The notes beneath the pieces are model-generated. The model did no database searches. It saw nothing but the letters and a program-made list of their open reading frames with translations, and had not been told where the DNA came from. The translations under genes and the position numbers were made by a program. This document shows, piece by piece, positions 1 to 10,171 of a stretch of DNA of 64,000 nucleotides; positions within the stretch are counted from its first letter, which is position 1, and each line of letters begins with the position of its first letter. This DNA comes from Candidatus Krumholzibacteriota bacterium (lineage in GTDB: Bacteria > Krumholzibacteriota > Krumholzibacteriia > JAJRXK01), in contig CAVSGG010000009.1 of the NCBI GenBank assembly GCA_963727455.1, forward strand, positions 96,001 through 160,000. The letters are read 5' to 3'.

Positions 1-450
1 CGCATACTCCCGCACGTACTCGGATACCGGCAGGACCGCGTCGAAGCGCCGGTAACTCCACAGCGCCAGTGCACGATAAGCGAGACGCCGCGCGGGCTGC
101 GGAACTTCACGGTCGAACATGTTGTGGATGGTGCTAAAACGCAGATAAGGCGCGCGCGCTCCCTGCATGGCCAGAAGCGCGTCCGCGCGCAGCATGTGGC
201 TGTGCACGAGCCGGGGAGCGAAGCTCCCGAGCGCCTTGCGAAGTTCCTGGCGCGCCGCAGCCAGCGGACCGCGCACCGGAAGCCGCCGCGTCTGGACGCC
301 GGCGAGAGCGTCGAAGCGATCGGTGAAGGGTCCCTCGGGCGAGATCAGCAGAACTTCGTGACCCAGGCGGGCCAGCTCGCGGGCCGTGAGCGCGGTGTTC
401 TCCTCCGCTCCTCCCAGCGAGGCCGAGTCGATCAATTCGACGATTCGCAT
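1..450 (-). CDS. Glycosyltransferase family 4 (GT-B), N-terminal part, runs off window start
   Basis: Not in ORF track. Manual minus-strand translation from ATG 450: MRIVELIDSASLGGAEENT...LVHSHMLRADALLA...STIHN, typical GT4 N-domain (GGAE, VHxH motifs). Confidence 0.8.
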   Translation of the reverse strand, partial: MRIVELIDSASLGGAEENTALTARELARLGHEVLLISPEGPFTDRFDALAGVQTRRLPVRGPLAAARQELRKALGSFAPRLVHSHMLRADALLAMQGARAPYLRFSTIHNMFDREVPQPARRLAYRALALWSYRRFDAVLPVSEYVREYA

Positions 451-493
451 GTGCGCCAGACTAGCATGCCGGCAGGCCGGCCGCGAGATCGAG

Positions 494-1111
494 TCAATCC
501 CGCCCTTGCTCAGCCGGGCAACCGAGCGCGCGCGTGATGAAGGTGATGGCGTCGTCGGCGGAGGACTCCAGCCGATAGTTGCGTTCGCTCAAGACCCAGT
601 TGGTCGCCAGTTCGTCCAGGACCCCGAAGACCATCTTGGCCAGTTCCCGCGCGGAAAGATCGGCCAGAAAGACCCCCTCCTCTTGTCCGCGCTGAAGGAT
701 GGAGCTCAGGGTGTCGAGATAAGCCTGCAAGAGCCCCAGGCTGAGCTCCTGCAAGAAGGGGATGCTCTTGCGCAGATCGACCTGAAACACCACGGCAAGT
801 TCGCGATCCTCGCCGACGCATTCCAGATGAAGGCGGATGAAGCGTTCCAGCTGGGGGCGGGGCTCGAACTCCTCTGCGAGCACGAGCCGTCCGCGGCTGA
901 GGAAGCGCCCCATGGCCCTCTCGTAGACCGCGCGCAGCAGTTCCTCTTTCCCGTCGAAATAGAGGTAGATGGTGCCGTCGGCGACTCCGGCCGCCTTGGC
1001 CACCTCGCTCACTCGGGCACGATGGAAGCCCCTGGCCGCGATCACGCGCACCGCGCCGTCCAGGATCAACTCCCGTTTTTCGTCGCGAATCCTGTCCTTG
1101 CGCGGGCCCAT
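494..1111 (-). CDS. fadR: TetR-family regulator, FadR/YsiA-like
   Basis: TetR HTH (ILDGA..VIAARGFHRARVSEVAKAAGVADGTIYLYF); divergent from beta-oxidation genes; GGAGG about 10 nt before ATG 1111. Confidence 0.85.
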   Translation of the reverse strand: MGPRKDRIRDEKRELILDGAVRVIAARGFHRARVSEVAKAAGVADGTIYLYFDGKEELLRAVYERAMGRFLSRGRLVLAEEFEPRPQLERFIRLHLECVGEDRELAVVFQVDLRKSIPFLQELSLGLLQAYLDTLSSILQRGQEEGVFLADLSARELAKMVFGVLDELATNWVLSERNYRLESSADDAITFITRALGCPAEQGRD

Positions 1112-1151
1112 CGAGGCCACCCTCCGGGCTGGCTTGAGGGAATTTTGAGAA

Positions 1152-1165
1152 TGAATATATATTCA
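1152..1165. promoter_or_regulatory. Putative TetR/FadR operator 1 (TGAAT-N4-ATTCA)
   Basis: Perfect palindrome TGAATATATATTCA in the AT-rich divergent promoter; 1148-1165 resembles the Bacillus FadR box. Confidence 0.65.
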
Positions 1166-1291
1166 GTAGTCGCCGCCAGGCGACGGACTCGGCCCTAATC
1201 CTGCATGCGAATCAGGGGCCAATTTTGCCCAGAAAACGCATGAATCCGGCAGAATCCGCCCGCTGGGGATCCCCGCCGCCTTCGTAAGGAG

Positions 1292-1305
1292 TGAATCGTG
1301 ATTCA
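1292..1305. promoter_or_regulatory. Putative TetR/FadR operator 2 (TGAAT-N4-ATTCA)
   Basis: TGAATCGTGATTCA, same half-sites and spacing as operator 1, overlapping the fadN GTG start. Confidence 0.55.
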
Positions 1306-3727
1306 GAATGAACCTCCGCGGAGAGTCCCGGTCTTGCGCCGGGTGGCGGTGCTCGGGGCGGGCACCATGGGAGCTGCGATCGCCGCGCATCTGGCCAACG
1401 CGGGACTTCAGGTTCTGCTGCTGGACCTCCCCCCGCGTGAACTGAGCGAGGAGGAGAGAGCACGGGGCGTGGATCCCGCCAGTAGTCAGCATCGCAACCG
1501 TCTGGCGCTGGCGGCCATCGCCGCGCTTGGCAAGCACCGTCCGGCTCCCCTCTTCACGCGTGAATTCGCCTCACGCATCGAAGCGGGAAACTTCGAGGAC
1601 CAGCTGGACCGCCTGGCCGAAATGGACTGGGTCATCGAAGTAGTGGTGGAGCGTCTGGACATCAAGCAGAGCCTGCTTGCGAAAGTGGAGAAGGCCGCGG
1701 GAGAAGGCACCATCATCTCCTCCAACACCAGCGGCATCCCCATCGCCTCTCTGTGCGAGGGACATTCGGAGAGTTTTCAGCGCCGTTTCCTGGGCACCCA
1801 TTTCTTCAACCCGCCGCGTTACATGCACCTGCTGGAGATCATTCCAGGGCCCGTGACCGATCCCGCCCTGGTCGAAACGCTGCGTGCCTTCGCCGACGAA
1901 CGTCTGGGCAAAGGGGTCGTCATCGCGAAGGACCGACCCAACTTCGTGGCCAACCGCATCGGTTGCTACGGAATGATGCGTACCGCCACGCTGATGCTCG
2001 AACACGAACTCGATGTCGATGCGGTGGATGCCCTCACCGGTCCGTTCCTGGGCCGGCCCAAGAGCGCGACCTTCCGCACCGCCGACCTGGTGGGCCTGGA
2101 CGTGCTCTTGCACGTGGCCGAAAACGTCGCTCTGAGCGCGCCGGAGGATCCGGAACTGGAGGTTTTCACTCCCATCCCCGAGCTGAAGCGCATGGTCGAG
2201 GAGGGCATGCTCGGCGAGAAGAGCGGCAAGGGCTTCTTCCGCAAGCAGACCGTCGATGGCAAGCGAGTGATCCAGACTCTGGACCTGAAGAGCTTCGAGT
2301 ACCGCGATCGCCAGAAACCTCACTTTCCCGAGATCGACATGCTCAAGAGCAACGACGAGCTGCAGCAGAGATTGCGCGGCATCTTCAAGGCCAAGGGAAA
2401 GGGAGCGGACTTCTGCTGGGCCGTGTTGCGCGACACTCTGCGCTACGCGGCGGAGGTGGCCGCGGAAATCGCCGACGATCTGCCCTCGATCGATCGCGCT
2501 CTACGCTGGGGTTTCGGCTGGCAGCTGGGTCCCTTCGAGCTCTGGGATGCGATGGGCTTTGCTGATGTCATCCAGCGCATGGAAAAGGACGGACGGCCCG
2601 CTCCGCAGTGGGTGAAGGCGCTCGCCGAGAGCGGAGCCTCGGGCTTCTATCAACGCGGCGAGAGCGGGGCGCACGAAGTCGCCTCCCTCGACGGCAGCGG
2701 CTTTGGCCCCTTGCACGAATTGCCCGGAGTTCTCGACCTCACTCTGCCCAGCCGTGGCCTCGCCAAGATCTCCGAGAACAGCGGCGCCAGTCTGTGGGAT
2801 CTCGGCGATGGGATCCTCGGTTTGGAATTCCACTCGAAGATGAACTCCATCGGCGGCGAGATTCTCTCGATGACCGCGCAGGCCGTCGATCGAGCCACGA
2901 GGGAAGCTCGCGGGCTGGTGGTGGGCAACCAGGGCCAAAACTTCTCGGTCGGGGCCAACCTCGCGCTTTTGTTGATGGCGGCGATCGAGGGTGAATACGA
3001 AGAGATCGATCTCATCGTACGCCAATTCCAGCGCACGACCATGAGCCTGAAGACCTGTCCGCGCCCGGTGGTGGTCGCACCCTTCGGACTCACTCTGGGT
3101 GGCGGATGCGAGTACACCTTGCACGGCGCGCGCGTCCACGCCTCGGCCGAACTCTATCTGGGCTTGGTGGAAGGCGGAGTGGGGCTCATCCCCGCCGGCG
3201 GCGGCAGCAAAGAATTCTACCTGCGCATGCTGGAAGCGCTGGGTCCAGAGGCCGATCCCATGGAGGCGGCGCGCCGCGCCTTCGAAACCATCGGCATGGC
3301 CAGAGTTTCCACCAGCGCGGTGGAAGCGAAGCAGCTCGGCTTTTTGCGCGCCAGTGACAGCCTGGCCATGAATCCCGACCGGCTCATCGCCGGAGCGAAG
3401 GCCGAGGCCATCGCTCTGGCCGAAGCGGGCTACGTGGCGCCCCAGCCACGCGAGGACATTCCGGTCTCCGGAGCGGACGGTCGCGCCCTGCTGGAGGTCG
3501 GGCTCTACAACATGCTCACCGCTGGCTACATCTCCCGGCACGACCAGCTCATCGGGAAAAAGCTGGCGCGGATTCTCACCGGAGGAGACGCCCCGGCCCA
3601 AAGCAAGCTCAGCGAGCAGCATCTACTCGATCTCGAGCGCGAGGCCTTCCTCTCGCTCTGTGGCGAACGAAAGTCTCTGGAACGTATCCAATACATGCTC
3701 AAGAAGGGCAAACCCCTGCGCAATTAG
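1298..3727 (+). CDS. fadN: 3-hydroxyacyl-CoA dehydrogenase/enoyl-CoA hydratase (FadN-type)
   Basis: Rossmann GAGTMG, SNTSG, HFFNPP, C-terminal crotonase domain (FSVGANL, GGGCE), ends GKPLRN; RBS AAGGAG. Confidence 0.92.
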   Translation: MIQNEPPRRVPVLRRVAVLGAGTMGAAIAAHLANAGLQVLLLDLPPRELSEEERARGVDPASSQHRNRLALAAIAALGKHRPAPLFTREFASRIEAGNFEDQLDRLAEMDWVIEVVVERLDIKQSLLAKVEKAAGEGTIISSNTSGIPIASLCEGHSESFQRRFLGTHFFNPPRYMHLLEIIPGPVTDPALVETLRAFADERLGKGVVIAKDRPNFVANRIGCYGMMRTATLMLEHELDVDAVDALTGPFLGRPKSATFRTADLVGLDVLLHVAENVALSAPEDPELEVFTPIPELKRMVEEGMLGEKSGKGFFRKQTVDGKRVIQTLDLKSFEYRDRQKPHFPEIDMLKSNDELQQRLRGIFKAKGKGADFCWAVLRDTLRYAAEVAAEIADDLPSIDRALRWGFGWQLGPFELWDAMGFADVIQRMEKDGRPAPQWVKALAESGASGFYQRGESGAHEVASLDGSGFGPLHELPGVLDLTLPSRGLAKISENSGASLWDLGDGILGLEFHSKMNSIGGEILSMTAQAVDRATREARGLVVGNQGQNFSVGANLALLLMAAIEGEYEEIDLIVRQFQRTTMSLKTCPRPVVVAPFGLTLGGGCEYTLHGARVHASAELYLGLVEGGVGLIPAGGGSKEFYLRMLEALGPEADPMEAARRAFETIGMARVSTSAVEAKQLGFLRASDSLAMNPDRLIAGAKAEAIALAEAGYVAPQPREDIPVSGADGRALLEVGLYNMLTAGYISRHDQLIGKKLARILTGGDAPAQSKLSEQHLLDLEREAFLSLCGERKSLERIQYMLKKGKPLRN

Positions 3728-3743
3728 TCCCGGGAGGAGATCG

Positions 3744-4883
3744 ATGACAGCCTACATCCTCGACGCGGTTCGTTCGCCGATGGGGCGCGCGCACAAGGGC
3801 AAGCTGGCGCCAGTTCGTCCCGACGATTTGGCGGCGCAACTGGTTCAGGCTCTTCTCGCACGCCATGAACAACTCGATCCCGCGACCATCGACGACCTGA
3901 TCGGAGCCACCGCCATGCCGGAGGCGGAACAGGGCATGAACCTGGGGCGCATCGTGGCCCAGCGCGCGCAGCTCCCCGACAGCGTCCCCGGGATGACGCT
4001 CAACCGCTTCTGCGCTTCCAGCTTGGAGGCGCTCGCGCTCGCGGTGGCGAAAATTCAGAGCGGAATGGCCGAAGTCGTGCTGGCTTTCGGCGTGGAGAGC
4101 ATGAGTCGCATCCCCATGGGGGGCCTGAAGCTCTCCCCCAATCCCTGGCTGGCCGAACACCGGCCCGGCAACTACCTGGGGATGGGGTTGACCGCGGAGA
4201 ATCTGGTGAAGCGTTACTCGATCTCCCGCGAGGATCAGGACGCCTTCGCCCTGAAGAGCCACCAGCGAACCACCGCCGCCGAAAAACAGGGTCTGTGGAA
4301 GGAGGAGCGTATCCCCTACTCCATCGAAGACGAGATCGTCTTGGATCATGACGAGTGTCCGCGCGCCGATACCAGCCTGGAGATTCTCGGCCAGCTCAAG
4401 CCCTCCTTCGCCCAGGACGGCACCGTCACCGCAGGCAACAGCAGTCCCCTGACCGACGGCGCGAGCGCCGTCCTGGTGGTGAGCGAGAGGGTCCTCAAGG
4501 AACTCAAGGAGGAGCCCTTGGGAAGACTCGTCAGCTATGCGGTGGCCGGAGTCGATCCGGAGATCATGGGAATCGCGCCGGTAGAGGCAGTGCCCAGGGC
4601 TCTGGCGAAGGCGGGTTGGAAACTGTCGGAGATCGAGCGAGTAGAACTGAACGAGGCCTTTGCCGCGCAGTCGCTGGCCGTGATCCGCGAACTGGGTTTG
4701 GACCCCGAACTCACCAATCCGCAGGGTGGGGCCATCGCCCTGGGACATCCTCTGGGCATGAGTGGCGCGCGGATTGCGGGGACCCTGCTGCACGCCATGA
4801 AGCGTTCCGGCGAGCGTAAGGGACTCGCCACTCTCTGTATCGGAGGCGGCATGGGAGCCGCCGCCGCCTTCGAGCGCGCTTGA
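3744..4883 (+). CDS. fadA: Acetyl-CoA C-acyltransferase (thiolase)
   Basis: NRFCASS catalytic Cys, NEAFA, GHPLG, CIGGGMG; RBS GGAGG before ATG 3744. Confidence 0.93.
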   Translation: MTAYILDAVRSPMGRAHKGKLAPVRPDDLAAQLVQALLARHEQLDPATIDDLIGATAMPEAEQGMNLGRIVAQRAQLPDSVPGMTLNRFCASSLEALALAVAKIQSGMAEVVLAFGVESMSRIPMGGLKLSPNPWLAEHRPGNYLGMGLTAENLVKRYSISREDQDAFALKSHQRTTAAEKQGLWKEERIPYSIEDEIVLDHDECPRADTSLEILGQLKPSFAQDGTVTAGNSSPLTDGASAVLVVSERVLKELKEEPLGRLVSYAVAGVDPEIMGIAPVEAVPRALAKAGWKLSEIERVELNEAFAAQSLAVIRELGLDPELTNPQGGAIALGHPLGMSGARIAGTLLHAMKRSGERKGLATLCIGGGMGAAAAFERA

Positions 4884-4909
4884 GTCGCGCCTGCACTGGA
4901 GATGCGAAC

Positions 4910-6688
4910 ATGAATCAGAAGACACTACGACGCGGCGGGAGCTTCCTGATCGAGGAGACCCCGTTCCAGGAAATTCAAACCCCCGAGGACTTCAGCCAGG
5001 AAACCCAGCTCTTGGCGCAGACCTGCCGCGACTTCGTGAACCAAGAGGTGCTTCCGGTGATGGACCGTCTGGAAGCTCAGGAGGAAGGTCTCATGCCCGC
5101 CCTCCTGAAGAAGGCGGGCGAGATCGGCCTTCTGGCGGTGGACATTCCCGAGGCCTACGGCGGGCTCAATGCGCCCAAGACCCAGAGCATGGTGGTGGCA
5201 GAGTCCATCGCCGCCGGCGGCAGCTTCCCGGTGGCGCACGGCGCGCAGACCGGCATTGGAACTCTGCCCATCGTCTACTTTGGAACCGCGGAGCAGAAGC
5301 AAGAGTGGTTGCCCAAGCTGGCCACCGGCGAGCTCATCACCGCGTACGCTCTCACCGAGGCTGGCAGCGGAAGCGATGCACTGGCCGCCAAGAGCACGGC
5401 CGTCCTGGACGGCGAAGAGTGGGTCCTCAACGGCGAGAAGATGTACATCACCAACGGTAGTTTCGCCGATGTGGTGATCGTCTTCGCCAAGGTGGACGGC
5501 GAACACTTCTCCGCCTTCATCGTTCCCATGGATACGCCGGGCGTCAGCCCCGGGGCCGAAGAACACAAGATGGGCATCAAGGGCAGTTCCACCACCAGCA
5601 TCGTGATGCAGGACGCCCGCATTCCCAAAGCCAACCTCTTGGGTGAAGTGGGCAAGGGTCACATCATCGCCTTCAACATCCTCAACGTAGGACGATTCAA
5701 GCTGGGCGCCGCGGTGACAGGCGCCGCGAAAGAGGCCATCGAAAAGACCATCGCCTACGTGAGCGAGCGCAAACAATTCAAGAAGACCCTCAGCGAGTTT
5801 CCGCTCACCCAGAACAAATTGGGAACGATGGCGGCGCGCATCTTTGCCGCCGAGAGCGCGGTCTATCGCACCGCGGGATATTTCGACGAAGCGATCAGCG
5901 CGCTCGACAAGAGTGACGCGAACTACGACCGCGAGGTGATCGGCGCCATCGACGACTACTCGATCGAGTGCAGCATCATCAAAGTCTTTGCTTCGGAAGT
6001 CCTGGACTACGTGGTGGACGAAATGGTGCAACTCTACGGCGGTTATGGTTTCGTGGAGGACTACCCCGCCGCTCGCTACTACCGTGACTCGCGCATCAAT
6101 CGCATCTTCGAAGGCACGAACGAAATCAATCGCATGTTGATTCCGGGCATGATTCTCAAGCGCGCGATGAAGGGAGAGCTGCCGCTCTTGGCGGCGGCCA
6201 AGGGCATCCAGGACGAATTGCTTTCGATCCCCTCTCTCGGTGAAGAGGGAGAGAGGGAGGCCTTCGCGGCCGAGCTCGAACAAGTCGGAAAGCTCAAGAA
6301 GGCGGTCCTGCTGGTGGCGGGTGTCGCCGCGCAGAAACTGGGTCCCAAGCTGCAGGAGGAACAGGAAGTTCTCGTGCACGCCGCGGACATGATCATGGAG
6401 ACCTATGCCCTGGAGAGCGCGGTGCTGCGCGCCCAGAAGATGCTGGCTTCGGGCAAGCCGATCCCGGCGGTACGGGCCATGATCACGGTTCTGGTCACCG
6501 AAGCGGTCGAGCGCGTGGGACGTGCCGGCCGCGCCGCGCTGACTCACGTGGCGCAAGGGGACGAGCTGGGCATGATGCTCGTGGGGCTCAAGCGCTTCAC
6601 GAAGGTGCCGCAGCTCGACACCGTCGCCGCGGCGCGCGTGGCCGCCAAGGCCCTGCTGGAACACGGGAGCTACCGGGTGCCAGCGTAG
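4910..6688 (+). CDS. fadE: Acyl-CoA dehydrogenase (FadE/ACAD9-like long form)
   Basis: [33 protein letters not shown] motifs; operon context. Confidence 0.92.
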   Translation: MNQKTLRRGGSFLIEETPFQEIQTPEDFSQETQLLAQTCRDFVNQEVLPVMDRLEAQEEGLMPALLKKAGEIGLLAVDIPEAYGGLNAPKTQSMVVAESIAAGGSFPVAHGAQTGIGTLPIVYFGTAEQKQEWLPKLATGELITAYALTEAGSGSDALAAKSTAVLDGEEWVLNGEKMYITNGSFADVVIVFAKVDGEHFSAFIVPMDTPGVSPGAEEHKMGIKGSSTTSIVMQDARIPKANLLGEVGKGHIIAFNILNVGRFKLGAAVTGAAKEAIEKTIAYVSERKQFKKTLSEFPLTQNKLGTMAARIFAAESAVYRTAGYFDEAISALDKSDANYDREVIGAIDDYSIECSIIKVFASEVLDYVVDEMVQLYGGYGFVEDYPAARYYRDSRINRIFEGTNEINRMLIPGMILKRAMKGELPLLAAAKGIQDELLSIPSLGEEGEREAFAAELEQVGKLKKAVLLVAGVAAQKLGPKLQEEQEVLVHAADMIMETYALESAVLRAQKMLASGKPIPAVRAMITVLVTEAVERVGRAGRAALTHVAQGDELGMMLVGLKRFTKVPQLDTVAAARVAAKALLEHGSYRVPA

Positions 6689-6830
6689 AAGCGAAAGTGA
6701 GCCCGGTACCGTCCGCTGTCTCCGTCGTCCTTCCCGCCTCCCATTGAAGAAGAACGATGAAGACAGCCCCCGACGAAACCGGGCTCGCCGCGTTCTTCTT
6801 GCAGGCTGGATGCCAAGCGGGAAGCATCGC

Positions 6831-6874
6831 AAAAAAGCAGCTCCAAGCCCCCTTCAGACAAGAGCTTGGAGCTG
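6831..6874 (-). terminator. Rho-independent terminator for the C25 protease gene (possibly bidirectional)
   Basis: 11-bp perfect stem CAGCTCCAAGC/GCTTGGAGCTG followed on the minus strand by T6. Confidence 0.6.
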
Positions 6875-6956
6875 AACCCTCCACCGGTCTTCGCGCTCCA
6901 CTCGCCGCCACCCGCTGTCCGGCGTTCGACAGCCCGGACAGCGGGGCAGCGACTCC

Positions 6957-9364
6957 TCAACGCACCTTGACCACGCGCGTGCTGATCTGACGACCTTCGG
7001 TGAGCAGTTTGACGAAGTAGACTCCGCTGGACACGCTGCTTCCGTGATCGTCGCGGCCGTTCCAGCCGATGTGATCCTCGCCGGGACCCACCTGCAGCGC
7101 GCGCACCTGGCGGCCGCGGGCATCGAAGATCCGCAGGCGGCCACCCTGGTCCAACCTGCGGTTCAACTGGAACACGGTGCGCTGGGCCATCACCGAGGGA
7201 GTGGCGCGCAGGAGCAGCTTGCTGGTCTGCAGCGAGGGCGCGGGCGTACCGGCGATCACGGGGACCGATCCCACGAAGACGTTGCCGTCCAGATCGCGAA
7301 CCACGACCTCCATCTCTCCCTCCGTGCTGGGAGTGACCGACAGGCTGGCCGCTCCTCCTGCATCGGTGTAGGTGTTGGTGAAGACCTCGTCGCCGCTGGC
7401 GAGCTTGCCGTTGTTGGCGCGCTTCCAGACCGAGACCAGCGCCTCTTTCACGGCCAGTCCTTCGGGATCGTAGACCTCGACGGTCAGGCCACAGCCATCG
7501 GGGCAGACCTGAATCGCCTCGGGCATGATCACCGTCCAGTCCAGGGCGCCCAGGCGCTTGATCTTCATCTCCGGATCGCCCAGCAGCATGTACATCCAGG
7601 CGTTGTCACCGTCATAAGCGCTGGTCATCTGGTCCTCTGCAGCAGAGATTGCCTGCGCGTGTCCGGTGATGCCGTCCTCGAACACTGCCTTGAAGAGACC
7701 ACGGTCCAGTTCGTGGTTGGGAGTCGTCCAGCTGGGCACGGTGGCCCCATAGTGCGCGACCGCACCATCGTTGGTCTCCTCCATCCAGTTTTCACCGACG
7801 CAGTCCGCCACCCGGATGTCGTTGTTGTTACATGCGATGGACCAAACCACCGGCGTGCGCGGAGCGTTCGCCAGGCCGCTGATGTCGGAAGAGCCGAAGC
7901 TTTGGGAACTGGTGTTCCAGCCGGTCCATGCGCCAGTGCTACCGTGTCCGCGATAGCAGATGATCCCCGCTCCGTTGTCGATCAGGTCCCTCACGTCGCT
8001 ATTCGTCGTTCCGGCACTGCCGTAGAGAGTGACGAAATTCGGCGTCACGGAGTAGCTCGCGGTGCGCACGGACTCCTGGGCGCCCTCGTATTTGTTGGGT
8101 GCGTTCTGCTTGTGCGCGGCCAATCCCACCGTGGTATAGGGCCAGGTGAAATCGCGGCCGTTCTCGTAATTGAGGATCTTCGCCACCTGGTTGCTGAGGT
8201 CGTCCGCGTCATCCACCGACAGGCGTCCTACCCAGACTTCCTCGTTCAAGTCGTCGCCGTTCATGGAACCGTAAAGATCGTCAGTGGGAACCACCCCGGC
8301 GTTGTTGGTTTGGGGAGAGGAACACAGCGGAATGAACGTATCATCTCCCACGAGCAACACATAGTGGTCGTAGAGAGGCGATGAGCTTTGATACCAATTC
8401 TGGATGGCATCGCGGATTTCGCCGCAGGTAGTGCCCACCGATTCCAGGGTCAACTCGGTCACTTTGAAGCCGCGGGACTTCTTTTGATCGATCAGAGGCT
8501 GGATCTGCGGCTGCAGGTATTCGCGATATAGGAAGAGGTAGTGACCTTCGTAGTATTCTCCATTGCTGAGGAAGTAATCCGCGCCACTTTCCAGTTGTCA
8601 TAGATGGTCGCGGCCAGGTGCGCCTCCTCGATCGTTCCTTGCCCGAACGAGAGTAATGCCCCCTGATGGCCCAACAACAACCGCATCTGGTCATAGACCT
8701 GAAGCTCGCCGGTCGCGGGATCCCACTTGCATGGCCACGCCTCGAAGTTTGCGCGGGGAATCCAGCGGTCAGCGGCTTCGACGGGCCGGCCCCGCGGCCC
8801 GAAATCGGTGGGCCAGGGTCCGCTGCTCGCATAGAGCTGCTCGTCGATCTGAAAGATCTCAGGGTCCCCCTCGGGATGATCGCGCTCGGGAATGGGCTGC
8901 GGGTAGATCTGCATGTTCGAGAAGCTGCGCGTGTTGAGGATCTCCACGCGATCCAGGGTGACACCCTCGGCGCTGGTGGGTACGGCCAGACACATCTGGA
9001 CCGCGGGCAGAAGCGGGGCGCCGGTTTGACCCATAATGCCAAGGCCGGGAAAGCTCAGGCGCTGGTAGCTGTGTTGATCGGCGCCCAGGACATCTTCCAT
9101 CCAGAACCCGTGGATGACCACGTCGATCACGGTCTGTTGGTCGTCTGATCCGGAGACGAGTTTGACCTCGGCCGGGGTCCCCTCCGGAGTGTGATCCAGA
9201 TGGACCCACTGCTGGGCATGGGCGGCGCCGGCCAGGAGAATGGTGCCGAAGCTCAAAAGGAGAACCAGCCAGTTCAGCGAACGCGCCCGAGCCTTCGGTT
9301 GAAGGGATCGAGCCGAGGGCTCAGGCCAGGCTCGGCTCTGAATGGGTTGACCGCGCAAGCGCAT
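6957..9364 (-). pseudogene. Gingipain-like peptidase C25 with propeptide and C-terminal FlgD-Ig/T9SS-CTD-like domain; frameshift near 8585 (pseudogene or assembly error)
   Basis: ORF 9364-8492 has a signal peptide and C25 propeptide (G.P.LP). The other frame continues ADYFLSNGEYYEGHYLFLYREYLQPQIQPLIDQKKSRGFKVTE into ORF 8462-6957 with YVLLVGD, VGRL, RGHG (His), WSIAC (Cys), LLGDP and the CTD IFDARGRQVR..WNGRDD..SGVYFV. Confidence 0.8.
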
Positions 9365-9586
9365 GGAGTGCCTCCTTGTGGCAATTGCCGTGATGGGACG
9401 GATTGGTGGTTCTCACGGGCCTTCAGCCATGGGCGAAGCCCGCGGCGGACGTGACCACTTCCCGCCGCAACCTCATCGATTCTTGGGTTGCTCTCATTCC
9501 TTCAAACGAGAATCCGGCGCGAAAGCGGACATGCACCGGTTGACGACACTTCGACGGGTGAGGACCATGCGATGGAGGTGTCAGAG

Positions 9587-10135
9587 ATGACGAGAAAGGT
9601 CCAGATCGCTCTGTTGCGCGGCATCAACGTCGCGGGCCACAACAAGTTGCCCATGCGCGAGCTTCGCTCGCTCTGCGAGGAGTTGGGCTGGCAGGAAGTC
9701 CAATCCTATATCCAAAGCGGAAATCTGGTCTTTCGATCGGCCTCCCCCGCGCCGCGTTTGGAGCTTGCGCTGGAGAAAGCCCTCGAGTGGCGCTTCGGAT
9801 TTTCGATCAGCGTTCTGATCCGATCCGCAAAGGACTGGTCCTTCTTTCTCGAGGGCAATCCCTTTCCCAGGGAGTCCGAGTCGGAGCCCCATCGAGTGAT
9901 GATTCTGCTCTCCAAGAAAACTCCCGCAAGAAGCGCGCTGCGCGAGCTGAGCCCCTACGCGAAAAACGGCGAGCGGCTGCTGCGGGTAAAACACGCGTTG
10001 TGGATCCATTACCCTGAAGGCGCCGGAAAGTCGAAGTTGACTCCGTCCGTGCTGGAGCGCTGCGTGGGCTCGCCGGTGACGGCACGCAACTGGCGCACCG
10101 CACTCAAACTGGAGGAAATCGCGCGATCGACCTAA
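9587..10135 (+). CDS. DUF1697 family protein
   Basis: ALLRGINVAGHNKLPM..V.SYIQSGN..TARNW signature; RBS GGAGG at 9574. Confidence 0.85.
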   Translation: MTRKVQIALLRGINVAGHNKLPMRELRSLCEELGWQEVQSYIQSGNLVFRSASPAPRLELALEKALEWRFGFSISVLIRSAKDWSFFLEGNPFPRESESEPHRVMILLSKKTPARSALRELSPYAKNGERLLRVKHALWIHYPEGAGKSKLTPSVLERCVGSPVTARNWRTALKLEEIARST

Positions 10136-10171
10136 ACTTCCCCTGGCTTCCCCGCTCTGGAGGAGATCTTC

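Noticed and set aside
6755-6785. Hammerhead ribozyme (GATGA..GAAAC) in the intergenic rod
   Set aside because: No CUGANGA core or correctly arranged three stems.
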